Source: Cyanophora paradoxa CCMP329 (lineage: Eukaryota > Plantae > Glaucophyta). Taken from it: a stretch of DNA of 64,000 nt. The stretch spans positions 70,055 through 134,054 of the forward strand of contig QPMI01000600.1 in NCBI GenBank assembly GCA_004431415.1, read 5' to 3'. The notes beneath the pieces are model-generated. The model was not told the DNA's origin and did no database searches. It saw only the letters and a list, made by a program, of their open reading frames with translations. Position numbers and translations under genes: made by a program. Below, in pieces: positions 25,401 through 38,266 of this stretch (position 1 is the stretch's first letter; each line of letters opens with the position of its first letter).

Positions 25401-26478
25401 CACAGGCGAATGTTCCTCAGGTAGTGCTCGTTCAGCTTGCGCTCCTCCTCCCACTTCTCCGCGCTGTAGAAGGGCTCCTTCGTCTGCAGCCGCCGCAGCA
25501 GCGCCTGTAGGGGGCGAGGGCGGCGGCGTCAGCGCCCCTTCTTTCGGGGGTGCGCGGGCGTGGCGGGGCGGGGCGGGGCGCGCCTGGTTCTCCATCATGA
25601 TCTTCTGCAGCTCGCGCTTGCGCGCCTCGGTGTTGAGCGACCGCGCGGGGTAGGCGTGCCCGGGGTAGCTGTGGCGGGGCCGGTCAGGGGGCGGCCGCCG
25701 GCTGGCCGGGAGTACCACCTCCTCGCCGCACCTGGACCGCTCGCTGACGTAGTTGTCAATGACCGGTACCTGGTGCTTGTTGAGCCTGCGCGAGGAGGGA
25801 CGTGAGGGACGGCCGGCGAGGGGAGGGCGGGGACGGGCGGGGCGGGGCGGGGCGGGCGCGGGCGCGTGGGCCGCACCGGATGCCTGGCGCGAACTCGACG
25901 TGCGCGTCGTCCTTCACCGGGCTCGACGCGGTCGTCATGATCTTGCTCATCTTCTCCAAGAGGATGGTGTTCTGGGGCGGCGTCATGGACCGGGGCGCGC
26001 CAGCGACGGCGGCGCAACGCTACGAGAGACGCCCGCTCGCACCTCGCGCTCGATCTGCGCGTAGCGCTCCTCCTGGAGGCGAATCTTCTTGAGGTTGACG
26101 CGAGACGCTTGGTATTTCGGCGGCGAGCAGTCCATAGTGATGCGAGCATTCGTGTGGACCGTGCTCCGCATCGTCCGCAGCTGCCGTGCGACGTCAGCGA
26201 GAGCCGGCGCGCGTCCCGGCAGCCCAGGGCAAGTTGCTCCTCTAACTGAGAATAGACCCGGAGGGCGGAGGGCGCGCAGGGGGCGCGAACCCGCTCTCTG
26301 TGTTCTTCATATATCCGCTGCTGGTGTCGCTGCGCGCCGCGAAAGACCCCGAAGTCAGAGCAAGCAGCGTCGACTTCCGTCGTTCGGCGTCGGGCCCGCG
26401 CCAAGGGCAAGCCACGCCGCGAACTTTATAGCGTACCTTGTAGCAGATCGGGTTGTCGGTAACTATAGCCCGATACAT
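22418..26478 (-). CDS. CFAP97/KIAA1430 (hemingway)-domain cilia-associated protein with a long Ala/Glu/Pro-rich tail, multi-exon
   Basis: MYRAI.. start, then HQQRIYEEHRER, DCSPPKY..NLKKIRLQEERYAQIERENTILLEKMSKIM and SLNTEARKRELQKIMMENQALLRRLQ, the KIAA1430 signature. About 3 kb of low-complexity E/A/P coding follows. Confidence 0.8.
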
Positions 26479-27038
26479 GGTTGAAGGCCACTCGCGGCCG
26501 AGCGCGTGAGCTAGGCCAAGCTAGCGGCCGCTGGGTGTACGTTTGGGACGAGAAGAGTTATACTATTCAACTGCGCTCGACTGTGCTCGTGCTCGGCGTC
26601 GCGCTGTGAAGGATGTCCTTGGAACTGCCTGTACCCCCTCCGTCCCTTCTCTTTTTGCGCCTTAAGCTTCGCGCGCGCATTCCGACGGTCCTCAGCGACT
26701 CCTCGCGCCTTGCTAACCGCTGCGCATGCCGCCTCGTCGTTAGAGCTGAGCCAGTGCGTTCAGCCGGGCCCGGCCTGCACCCGCCGCGAGCGCGCGCTTT
26801 GAGGCTCTAGCCGCGCAGCGCCGGCTCTCAGCGGTGTCGTTGGAAGCCGGTCGACATCTAGGGAGCGGCTAGAGCCCCCGCAGCCACCAGACCCCGACTC
26901 GAGCTCGAGCTCCGGCCGCGGGATATCGATCGATATCCAGCGCTGGCTAGCGCTCGCTCTAGGGATCTACATCTAGCGCGGCCGACGTAATCGCTAATTG
27001 CATTCCAAAACTCTCTGCTACATGTACAGATGCGAACG

Positions 27039-30000
27039 CTAGGACCTTCGGGCGTGGAGCGCGGCGGCCAGTCCGGCGCCTGCGCATTCATGATCATCGA
27101 TATCGCATGCGCAGATCAAATCCTCGGCCGGCGCCTTGGCCTCGAGGCCGAGGAGGCGGGCGCGCGCGCACCGACGAGGCCGCAGAGGCCGCCGATAAGG
27201 AGCGCCACGCCGACGCTCCCGTCGAAGAAGAGGTGCAGGATCGGGCCTGGCATGGGGGCCGGCGGCCCGGCGCGCGCGGGGGGGGCGTCGGCGTCAGAGC
27301 CAGCCGCGCGCCGCGAAGACGCGCCGAGGAGGGGCGCACCCATCGAGAAGGAGACGACGAGCTGGGGCACGACAACTGCGCCGCGGCGGGTCAGGAAGCC
27401 CGCGCCGCCTCTGATCCCGGCGCCCCGGCCCCGGCCCGGGCCCGGCGTGCTGCCCGAGGCCTCGGCCGGGGCGCGGGGGCGCACCGAAGATGTTGACGAT
27501 GCCAAAAAGCATCCCCCGCTCCTGCGCGCGGGCCGGAGCGGAGGGCGGTTCGAGCCGCGCTCTTGCACCGAGATCTGATCTGGGGGCGCACGTGGGGGCG
27601 GGCGAAGGCGCCGACGATGGCGAAGGGGACGGAGACGGCGATGGCCCACGAGAGACCTGCCAGCGCCGGCGGAGGCCCGCTCGATTCGCACGGGGCCGGG
27701 GGAGAGCTCGAGCCGGGCGCCCCGCACCGAGGGTGGCGATGAGGAGGAGGGCTCCCTCGGGCGTCCGCACGAACGCCGTCCCCAGCAGGCAGAAGCCCAT
27801 CAGCAGGCTGCCCCCGCCCCGCCGCCCCCGCGCGGCTCGTGCTCAGCGGCTCGCGATCGGAGCACTGCGGAGCGGAGCGGCGGATTCGAGAGGGGACGGG
27901 GTCGGACCTGCCGCCCGCCCAGACCTGCGCGGCGATGAGCGGCCGGCCTCTTCCCTCCACCGAACGCGGGCCGCAAAACAGCCGGCGCGCACCGCGTAGT
28001 AGCCCATCCTGGAGATAAGGGAGGGGAGGAGCATGCTGGCGAAGACCGACGCCACGCTGCCGCGCGCATGCGCATGATCGGATCAGCGCGCGGTGGAGGG
28101 GCTGGACGACGCGGGCTGCAGCGGGCGGCGAGGGCACCTGTTGGCGCACATGCCGAGCGAGCCGTGCCGCACGCCGGCCTGCGCGGAGGTCAGGGGCGGG
28201 CCAAGGCCCAGGGCAGGCCGGGGCACGTCCAGGGCCCCCCTCACCTCGAACCGCAGGCGGAGGATCTCCTCGTGGCTGTTCGGGTCCTGCGCGCCCGAGC
28301 GAGCGAGCGCGTCAGTCCAACTCGCCGGGCGGGAGAGCTAGGGAGAGGGGGTGAAGAGGGCTGGCCGCGCACCCCGCGAAAGACCTCGACGCCGGTCCTG
28401 CATCCGGCGGGGAGCATCAGCGAAGCAGAGGAATCAAGTGCGGAACATGTGCGAACCACGTCGTGATGTACAGGATCTGCGCGGGGGGGGGCGCGCGCGC
28501 GCGCTCGAGCCCGTCAGTGATCGCGAGGGAGGCGCCCGGCCGCGGGCCCCCGCCCAGCATCGAATTCGAAACTCGCACGTAGCAGAACCATGCGATCCAC
28601 GTGGTGAACTGCGCGCGACGAAATTCAGCTCATCGTAGGGGGGCGAGGGAAGAGGGGCGGGGGCGCCTGGACGGCGACGACGCCGAGCATCTCGACGTTC
28701 TCGGGGATGCCGGCCAGGCCCCGCCACAGCAGTGCCAGCGCCCCCTCCTCCTCCCCGGCCCCGCCTGCACGCGCGGCTCGAATCCGGGCGAGGCGCGCAT
28801 GCGCTCGTCTTCTCCTCGTGGAGGAGGCCGGCGCACCGTGCGCGTGGGAGTGGGGGAGCTCGTCGGGGGCCGGCGCGCGGTCCTCCCCCGCCGCCGCGAA
28901 GGTCGCGGCCGTGGAGAGGAGCACGCACACCACGCCGAGCTGCGATCGCGAGGGGTCAGACGGAGGCGCGGGCGCCGGTCGCGATCGCCCCGGAAAACGC
29001 TTCCGGACCGCGAAGGAGACGCGGAGGTCGGCGCAGGCCCCGACGCAGGCCTCCGTCTCGATGGCGACGGGGAGGACCTCCGTCCAGTGGACGTTCCCCG
29101 CGAAGAAGCCCAGCGTGTTCCCCAGGCCTGCGCGGCGCGGGTGCAGGCCCGAGGCCCCGGTGAGATGCGGCCCGGGGCCTGGGCCAAGAGGGCGCACCGA
29201 GGGACCACCCGAAGATAGAGTTCGCGACGGAGAGCTGCTGCGGGGCCAGATCCTGCGCGCGCGCGCGCCACGCCGCGAGACGCTGAGAGGTCAACCGCGG
29301 GGACGTCCGGTGGGGGCCCGGGCGGGATCGGACCGCGAGGAGGGCCCGCGCGGGTCCCTGATCGGCGCGTGAGCGTGCAGGAATGTGTGCGCAGGCGCGC
29401 AGATAGCCGCTCGCTCGCGCTCGGGCGGGAGCGGGGCCGGCCGCGAGGCGGCTGAGGCCTGGGCCGCGGGCTCTGGCCCAGCGGCGGGAGGCCGCCCGGG
29501 CCGCCATCGCCCCGAGCTCACCGTGACGGCATTGCAGGCGACGTCCAGGATCTAGCGCGGGTCGGTCGCGAGCTCGCGATCAGCGGGCTGGAGCGGCGTC
29601 GAGCGCGAGCGCGGCCCTGCGCGGGGGACGCACCCAGAGGCCCATGATGGCGAAGAGGATGGCCCACGTGCGGTCCGAGTTCGTGTCCCCGAGGGCCGCC
29701 CCGGCGTCCGTCGCGCAGGAGATGAGCAGCATCGCCAGCGCTGCGCGCCCCGCGCTCGATCTCGTCCAGGGACGAGGCGGGGCGCCGCGGCGCGGGTGCG
29801 GCGCGGTGCTCGCCTATGAAGAAAGCCCCGGCGACGATGTAGGGACGCCTCCGGCCCCACGAGTGCGTCGTGCGGTCTGCGCACACGAGATAAAACGCGG
29901 CCTAGCGAACAAGATAGCGGCTGATTCTATCTCGGCGAGTATTGGAGCCTGCGGATCCGAGCGCGAGCGCGAACCAGAGAGCACGCCAATGACGGGTTGG

Positions 30001-30388
30001 GCGACGAGTCCTGAACGTTAACGCGAGCGAGCTCACGCGGCTGCAACGAGCTGTAATATAGGCGGCGCTCGCGGACCTGAAACCGGCCCACAGAGCCACA
30101 CGTATGATACCAGGGCGGGATTCATGTGCAGCTCCAGGAAAAGCGGCGTGGCGGTGGCCATTTGCAATGCACCTGCGAAGAAGAGAGCGCCAGCGCGCGT
30201 CACGTCAGTGATCAGCGCGGACAGGATGCGCGGAGCTTGAGGAGAACTTGACGCCGCGTACGCGCACCGCCGAAGGCGACTCCCAGCATGCAGCAGCATA
30301 GAAGCAGCAAGTGTGCGATCGAGAGGCGCGGTTTTCGCGCCTGCAGGAGCAGCGGCTGCGCTGCGAGGTCTCCGCCAAAGCCTCCCAT
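27039..30388 (-). CDS. MFS/GPH sugar:H+ symporter (SUC/SUT/SLC45-like), multi-exon
   Basis: ALQMA..TP.F..L.M......VWLCGPVSG, DRTTHSWGRRRPYIVAG, WILDVACN, GLGNTLGFFAG, VPFAIVG, GMLFGIVNIF and VVVPQLVVS are hallmark motifs of sucrose-transporter-like proteins. Confidence 0.88.
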
Positions 30389-30752
30389 AGCTCGTTCCGC
30401 CGCAGGCGGCCGCTGTCGACGTCGCGGGCCTCGATCTCTGCGGCTGCAGCTGGAGGTTGGCGAGGCCCCGCGCGGGCGAGCGACGGGAGAGGGAGTCGAC
30501 GATTGAGAGGGGATCCCGGAGAGCTAGAGGGGGCGGAATATTAATCTGGAGGAGATCGACCTCGCGGGGCTCGAGGGAAAGCTTTAATTTAAAGGGGAGG
30601 GTATGGGCGGAGGCGCGCGGGCACCACCATAGCCATGCAGTAGCTCTATACAGTGCCGCAGTGCAGACGACGCCTGGCCGCCGGCTGCACAGCAGCTCAC
30701 CCGGGTACAGGTTAAGCAAGCCGACAAAGCAGCGAGCAACTCCCGCGGCGCG

Positions 30753-32536
30753 ATGCACACCTCGGCGTTCCTAGCTCCGGCTCCTCTGGCAGGTGCGTGG
30801 CGAAGACGCCCGTCGTCGGGTCGTGGGGCCGCGGGCTGGGTCTGACTCCGCGCAGCGGATTCGCTGTCATCGTCTGCCAGCAACTTCGGCGGCAGCAGGA
30901 TCGTCGCTCAGCACCAGTCCCGGCCAGTCAGCACCCGACCGAGGCCCGCGCGCACTTTCGTGCCGGAGATTGTCAACGCTAGGAACACTGGCACGAATGT
31001 CGCGCGCGAGAAGAGAGTCAAGCCGCAAGTGATCCGTCAAATCACATTCGTGCGTCAAGGCAACGCCGTCGCGCTCGCCCCCGGAAGCGCGCCGGGCGTG
31101 CACGTGCTAGATGCGCTAGCGAACCGCCGGGGCGGCTGGTCCGACTGCGCGCCGCAGGATTTCCCCGAGGGATCGCGCGGCAAGGTTTACGTGTGCCAGC
31201 ACTCCATCTGCCACAAGCGTGCGCGCCGCCAGCGCCGCCGGCCGCGCCGCGCCGCGCCGGGGCGAGCTGGAGGCGGCGGGCGTGCGCGCAGAGAACAGCG
31301 AGGCGGCGCTGGCGTGGTTCAAGGACCTGGTGCCCGAGGACATCGTCATCGAGCGCGGGCCCTGCCTCGGTCCGCCCCGGGCCCCTTCCCTCCCCGCCGG
31401 GTCGTCTGCCGCGGTTCAAACCCGCCGCGCGCTCTCGCAGGCCACTGCGCTGCTGGCCCCAACACGGGCTTCCTCGCCCCCAACAAGGACATCGTGCGTC
31501 GCACCCCCGCCAGGCTCCATCCCCCCTCACGCCACCCTCGCCAGGTCCTCGTCACCGGCGCGGATTCGTCCTTGAAAATGCGCGAGGCGCGCCTTCTCAC
31601 CCCCCCTCCCCCCCCCCGCCCCCGATCTATCCTTCTTAATACGGACCGGGTACAGGCGCTGAACCGCGAGTTCGGCGTGACGGTCTCGGACGCCCTCGTC
31701 GACATCATCCGCCTGAAGCAGTCGGTGCGCGTTGTACCCCCCGCATCGTTTCTCTACCCCATACCCGTGCTGAGCGTATCCCCGCAGGGCAACCGGCTCT
31801 TCTCGGCCAACCGCAACAAGCGCGCCCTCGAGGCCTTCAACGAGGTACCCCCTGCCTTTTCCACCCGCGTACCCCCATATCGACCTCGCTCCCGGCCGCA
31901 GGCGCTGAAGATCGCGGAGGACAACATGAACGAAGTGAACGTGCCGAGGATGCGGGCCCAGCTCGTGCGCATGCTCTCTCCCCTACCCCCCGCAGCGATC
32001 CCGCGCGCCGTTGACCGCTCCCGCAGCTCTCCAACCGCTCTGCCGTGCATCTCGCGATGGAGGACATCCCTAAGGCCGAGGTGGGACCCCGGCCCCCGTA
32101 CCCCTGCGCCCCGTACCCTCGGGCCTCTCATCCCCCCCCCCCCTCCCAAGGCCGATGCCGACGCCGTTGTGGAGGCGTCCCCCGCCTGGTGGAAGGGTAC
32201 GCGCTCGCGGCCCCGGGGGGTACGGGCCCGGGCCCACGCGGGGGCGCCAGGGTACGCGCGGAAGGCGGAGGCGCTGGTGGCGGCGGGCAAGGTCGCCGAG
32301 GCGAAGGTTCGCCCGCCGCTGTACCCCCCTTTGTTCGCCTTTCCGAACGGGGGCCGCGCGCAGGATTGGTACATGAAGGCGGCGGAGAAGTCCAATGGGG
32401 ACGCCGAGGTGCGGGTACCCCGGCCCGGCGGGGCAGCGCCGGGGCTCGGCTCGGCCCGGCCGGCGGGATCTGACGGAGGGTCCGCCCACAGGTGCTGGAC
32501 CTCATCAAGGAGACCCTCGCGGACCTCGAGGCGTGA
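30753..32536 (+). CDS. Plastid-targeted thioredoxin-like [2Fe-2S] ferredoxin - TPR protein, multi-exon
   Basis: Exon 1 (30753-30792) splices in frame to 30856, giving MHTSAFLAPAPLAADSLSSSASNFGGSR.. (Ser/Arg-rich transit peptide). VYVCQHSIC..CLGHCAAGPN gives Cx4C and Cx3C ligands. TPR motifs: GNRLF, LSNRSAVHL, PAWWKGYARKAEAL. Confidence 0.8.
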
Positions 32537-33439
32537 GCCGGCCGCGAGCCAGGCCGGGCCGCAGCTGAAAGAGCCTTGGAGAGTCGCGCGGCCGCGGGTG
32601 CCGTGTCTGGCGGCTGCCTCGGCCAGACTAGGTGCGGCTGTAAGTGAGATTTGGGCTTGGACAACGCCGCGTCAACGCGAGGGAGCCCTGGCCTGGCCAA
32701 GAATTAGGCACCGGGCTAATAGGCCTGCGCATGCGTCTTCCTGAGCCTATAACCTACGGGGCGACGTCAGCGGCGGTCAGCCGCTGAGCCTTGCCTGCGC
32801 AGCTCGGCGCCGGGGGCCCGGGCCGGGCTCCCGGGTCCGGGATCCGCATGCGCACGTTCGAATTCCACCGTTCCGCACGGCGCACACCGTAGCTATACCG
32901 GGTACCTGGTAGGCAGTCCGCACTACGGTACCGGTACTAGTAGCTGGCATGCCATCATTGCCATGATAATCAGCTGCAGCCGGCAGTGCCCTGCACTGGC
33001 GCATCATCGGCCCGCGCATGGCCCACCGCGCGCGCGGGCCTGCAGGCTGCAGCTGGATTCGAATCGTTACCGGTAATAAAAATTTGATTTGCTAATTGGG
33101 GTGCAAGCTCGTTTTCATATGCGTTCGATTTTTCAACTGCCGCAGTTGCTTTTTCGCGAAGATGCAACTCGTTGTACCCATCGCCGCGCATCATGGCTTC
33201 CGCGATGCCGCGGTTGCACTTCATCGCGCCCTGCTAGCTATAGACGCAAAGCAGCCGCGCGGCCCATCATCCGACGAGCTCGAGCGCACTCGCCGCTATA
33301 GCTAGCGCAGCGCTAGCGCTAGCAGTCTGGTCGACGTCGGGGCGCCAGCACGCGCGGCGCGGCGCGGGTGCCGCGCCGGCCCGCCAATGGATCATGCCAG
33401 TGGAGCCGCCTAGGCGCGGATAGCGGCCGGTCGCTGCCG

Positions 33440-35293
33440 ATGGACCAGGGGCACTCGCCGCGGCCGCCCCTCGAGCCCGCGGGCCCTGGGCGGCCCGCGG
33501 GCGCGGGCGGCGACCGGCCGCGCGGCCGCCGCGCACGCCGCGTCACGGTCCACTCGGACTCTGATCTCGGTCGATCCGAAGTCGCCCCCGCGGCCCCCGA
33601 GTCGACTCCCGAGTCGCCGGCGCCGCCCGACCGATCCGCCGCGGGGGCCGGGATGCCCAGTAGCAAGCGGGCGCCGTCGCGCGGCCGTACGGTCAGCGAG
33701 CCCTCCGCCGGCCGCCTCCAGTTCCCCGGCGTTCCGTTCAACGAGGTGAGCGGCTCCGCCGACCACCGTGGCCATGGCCACCGCGCGCGCGCCGGAGCTC
33801 GAGCTGACCCTGGGCCCGCGGCGCGCGCTGCGGCGCGGCAGCTGTTCGAGGGGCGCATCGTGATCCACGTGATCGCCGCGCGGGAGGCCGCGAGCGAGCA
33901 CGCCGTCCGCTGTGCGCCCGCCCCGCCCCGCGCGCCCCGCCCCGCCGCCACCGCCCTTGCCCCGCCGGCCCAGCTCACGCCGCCCCGCGCGCAGTCGCCG
34001 ATCGGAGCCCGTTCGTCGTGGTGAGCTTAAGCTTGGGGCCCGCCGGGCCCGCCCGCCGCGCGGGGCCTATCGCGCCGGGCCCTCACGCCCCTTCCCCAGG
34101 TCACAGAGCCCGGGGGCGCCACGCACAAGACGCTGCCGGCCCGGGGCCAGGGCAGCTCGCCCGCCTGGTGCGCGGGCCCCAGGGCCCGCGGCCGGCTGCC
34201 GAGCTCACAGGGGGCCCGGGCGGGCGGGCGGCCGCGGGACAGGTACGAGAAGGTGGAGTTTGAGCTGGAGAAGGGCGTGCAGACGGCCTTCCGGGCCTCC
34301 CTCTTCTGCGACCCGCCCCCCGGCCCCGACGCCCCCGCCCGCGGCGCCGACTTTCAGGGTACCCCCGTCCTGGTCGGGAAGCTGGGTGCGCCCCCCCCCT
34401 CCCCCCCCTCCCCCCCCCTTCTTCACCCCCCGGAAGCGATCTGGCACCCGTACCCCGCTGACCCACGCACACGCGCAGTGGTGAACTACAGCGCGATGGT
34501 CGCCGAGGGGCGCAAGGTGGACGCCTGGTCCGCCTCCCGGCCCCTCCTGTTTATAGTGGCGATTCCGACCTCGGGAGCCGGGTTCGAATCCCGCGCGCAG
34601 GCTGCCAATCCGGGACCGGAGGAACCGCGAGTGCGGCATGCTCCATCTGAGCGTCAGCTTCGCGGACCTGGTGCGCCCTGTACCCCCCGCGCACCGCTTC
34701 CCGTCTGATCCCGCGCCGGGCAGTCGAAGGGGGGTACCCTGCTCCCGGAGCCCCCGCCAGGCCTCGGTCTTCCGCCCTCCAAGTCCGTGAGGCGGTACCC
34801 CGGCGGCCTCGCGGCCGCGCCGCCTCTCCCCCGCTCCAATTCATTTCCCCTCTTCAATAGCTTCGAATTCGAAGAGTACCCCGCGAGGGATACCGCCTTC
34901 CCTTCCTCCCGCGCTGTACCCCCCTTGGAGCCCACGGCCCCCGCCTCGAGTTCCGGCACCGGGATCGCGTCTCTCCTCTCCGTACCCCCCTTCGAGCCCG
35001 TACCCCCCGCCCTGAGCCCCAGGCCAGGCGTCCCGTCGCCCCGTTCCGTACCCAACGTCCAGCCCGCGCCCTCGACCCTGAGCCCCCGGCGACCCGTACC
35101 CCCGCTGGAGCCCGTACTCCCAGCCGAGGGTCTCCTCAGGCTGCCGGTGCTCCCGCCCGCGGTCCAGCGGCTGCGGGCGGAGGGCGGCGCCGAGGGTGGC
35201 GGCGGGGGCGGCTCGAGCCCCCGGCGCCGCTCCCCGCTCCCGGTCCGCCCCCCCGCCACTCCCTTGAACGCCGCCGCTTCTGGGGGGTTCTGA
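33440..35293 (+). CDS. Hypothetical protein with a C2-like domain and Pro-rich regions; 3' end uncertain
   Basis: FEGRIVIHVIAAR, PFVVV, YEKVEFEL, VLVGKL and KVDAW exons resemble C2 beta-strands. Degenerate VPP(L/F)EP repeats at 34.87-35.13 kb. Confidence 0.4.
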
Positions 35294-38226
35294 CGGGAGC
35301 TGCGCAGCTGCAGCTGGATCGCGACGCGCCGTCCCCGCGCTCCTCTGCGGCGTTGGCGTCGCCCCCCGCCCGCGCGGTGGCCTAGAGTTGAGCCCCGGCG
35401 GAGCTATCTCGCAAGTCTGCGCATGCAGCTGAAGGATTCTTCTTTATTTCCCCTTTTTCTATCGTTTCTCTTCGCATGCAGACCGCCTGTATCTTAGTCT
35501 TCAGTTTCGCATTCAGAATCGCACGTTCGGGAAGAAGTCGCCCACGTGCCAGCTGCAGCATACGTGCTACTGTGTTATGTTACGTCGTGTAGGTATCCTG
35601 GGACTCTAAGCTATTGATTATGAATTGTTTCGGTCCGGCGCTGTATAAGTATACGTAGCCCCTGCTTCAGTCGGCCGCGGCCGATCGCGATATCTGATGA
35701 TCCTGTCTGATCGCGATTATTATTTATATAATATTAACAGTTAACGTTTAAGTGAGTGGCATATCAGTGAGGTGGTACTTGCAATTGATATCGCATGGCC
35801 ATGCATATGATATTGAAAACACCATGCATATGCAAATGGTATTGAAAACAACGCATGCGCATGGCAATTGAAACGAGTATAAATTTCGCGCCGCATGCGC
35901 AGGTGTTCACGTACGCGTTCAGTGCCGTTCACGCATTTTCGCGGCCTCACCAGCGGAGGAGGGCCTCCAGCAGGGCCGCCTCTTCCACAGTCTCGTCCGC
36001 CTCCTCGTTCCCCGGAGCCGCCAGTGGCCCGCCAGGCCGATCGGCGGGGGGGGCGGGCCCCGGCCCGGCGGGCGCCGCGGCCGCTCGAAGTTCGGCTGCC
36101 GCTGCGGCAGGCTGCGAGTCCGGTCGCGAAGCCCGCTGCAGCTGCGCGGCTGAGGCCGGCGGGGCCCACGATATCGATATCGAGCCGCGCGCCGCAGCGG
36201 CGGCGGCGGCGGCGGGTGGCGCCTAGATCCGTCGCCTCGACCCGGATCTCGGGGGCCTCCGCCCCGCCGGGGCCCGCCTCGAGCCCGGGCTCGGGCGCGG
36301 GGCGCGCCAGGAAGTCGCGGAGCGACATGCGCCCCTTCGCCTTGCGCCCGGCCTTCGCCGTCGCCCCGCGCGCCGCGGCGGCGCGCCGGCGGCTGCGGCT
36401 CGGGCTCCGAGGGGCGCGCCTGGACGTCGACGGGCGCGAGCTCGCCGAAGGCCACGGCCGTGCAGGGGAGGGAGGCGGGCAGGAGGGCCGCCGCGGCACT
36501 TGCACGCGCCGCGTCGGCGGAGACGAAGACCGCCGCGCCAGCACCCGCGGAGGGCAGGCCGCCGCGGCGGGGATGACGGCCTCTAGCGCCTGGCGCGAAA
36601 TTAAACCCTTCGAATTCGAATTCGGAATACAAAAGTTCGCTGCAGCTGCGAGATCCGATCGCGTTCTGATAGATTATATAATTCATATTAGGGCACTGCC
36701 TTCTGCCTTCTTTGGGGCACCTCGCTGCATTTGTAATCGAAGCGCGGAGGGCGCGCAAAACCGCCTCCACCGTCAGACCGCTGACGAGCACCGCCCGATC
36801 CGCCCTGCACGCCATCGCCGAGAGTCGCCTCCTGCGGCTGCCCCGGCGAGTCGGAGGCCGCCGGCGCCAGCCCGCGGCCGCGGCTGGGCCAGGCTTTGAA
36901 TCCGCTCTCGAGCTTGCACCTCCCAGTCGGCCCTTGATGCGGGCCTCGCACTCGCGGTGGAGCTCGGCGTCGACGTCCCCCGCCGCGATCGCCCGCCTCC
37001 CGCCCCCCCCCCTCCCCCCCCCCCCCCCGGCCCCCCTCCACCCTCCCTCCCCTCCCCTCCGCGCCGCCTACCCAGCCTCTCCCCGATCCTCTGCCATGTT
37101 CACGCGAAAAGTAAATGCACTCGAGATTAAATTCATGATCAGCTGCAGAATAACTGCAAACAAGTGCAGTAATTTGACTCGGTGAATGTATCTTGGAATT
37201 AAACGATGGATATAGAGGTGAAGCTTGCATTCGCGGCTTTTTTTTTTTTGCCAAAGCCCATATCAAGGGCAGGACGATTGTATTAGTTCAGTAACTTTAT
37301 CGTACGCACTACCGGTTCGGAATGGGCCGAACTCTGGGTCAGAGCATAACCTGAGGCCGGGACACAGGGATAGGCGCTTCGACGCTACGGCTGAGCGTTT
37401 CTCTTGTAGGGGGGAGCGTGGTAGGGGACCGTTGTTGAGAGATGTAGATGCGGAAGCCGTAGCCCCTAGGGGGCCTTTGTTGAGAGTGTAGAGGCGGGAG
37501 TCGCGGCTCCAAGGGGGCCCTTCTGGGGAGGCGGGGGTAGGGAGGGGGGGGGAAGGGGTGGGGGCGGCGCGGGCGAGGGTAGCGGGCGCGCCCCCTTATT
37601 TTTATTGTGCGTGGGGCGCGGGGGGTGTTTATGAGCCCGAGGGGGCGGGCGGTGGCGGGCGGGGTGGCCGCCCTGGTGGGGTCGTGGGAAGGAGGGGCGT
37701 GGTGGAGGCGTAGGCCGCGGGGCTAGGCTATCGCTAGCGTTCGGGCCTGGGGATTTGCTTAGGAGGGTGGGGCGGGCCCGCAAGCGGGCAGGGCTGTGCG
37801 CGAGAGCGGGGTAGGGGGGTGTCATTGCTTTATAGAGCTATCGAATTCAGAAAAGGAGGGCGGTGGGCATCCATATCGCCCCCTCCGCCGGCAGTCTTGC
37901 TACCGTAAAGCGTGAAAAGAGAAAAGAAAGGAGAGAGAACGGAGGCCGAAACGGCGAGGAAATCGGGGCCACTAAGAAACGGAGGCCGAAACGGCGAGAA
38001 AATCTACGCTGCCGCGTTGTCGGCGGCGGCCGCCCGGCGGCCTGCCAGGAAGGCCTCGACCGCGGCGGGGCCCCCGAGGGCCGAGGTGAGCTCGGCGAGC
38101 ACGCGCTGGGCCGCCTGGGAGTTGGTGAGCGAGATGGTGGCCGGCCCGGGGCCGGGGGCGGGGCCGGGCCCGGGGCGGGCGCGGGGGCGGCGGCCGCGGC
38201 CGGCGCCGGGGCGGCGGCGGCGGCGA

Positions 38227-38266
<40 letters not shown>

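Noticed and set aside
22723-25653. 976-aa and other long plus-strand ORFs, and similar long ORFs throughout 1-40 kb
   Set aside because: Shadow ORFs caused by extreme GC content and read-through of short introns; the real genes are spliced and often on the opposite strand.
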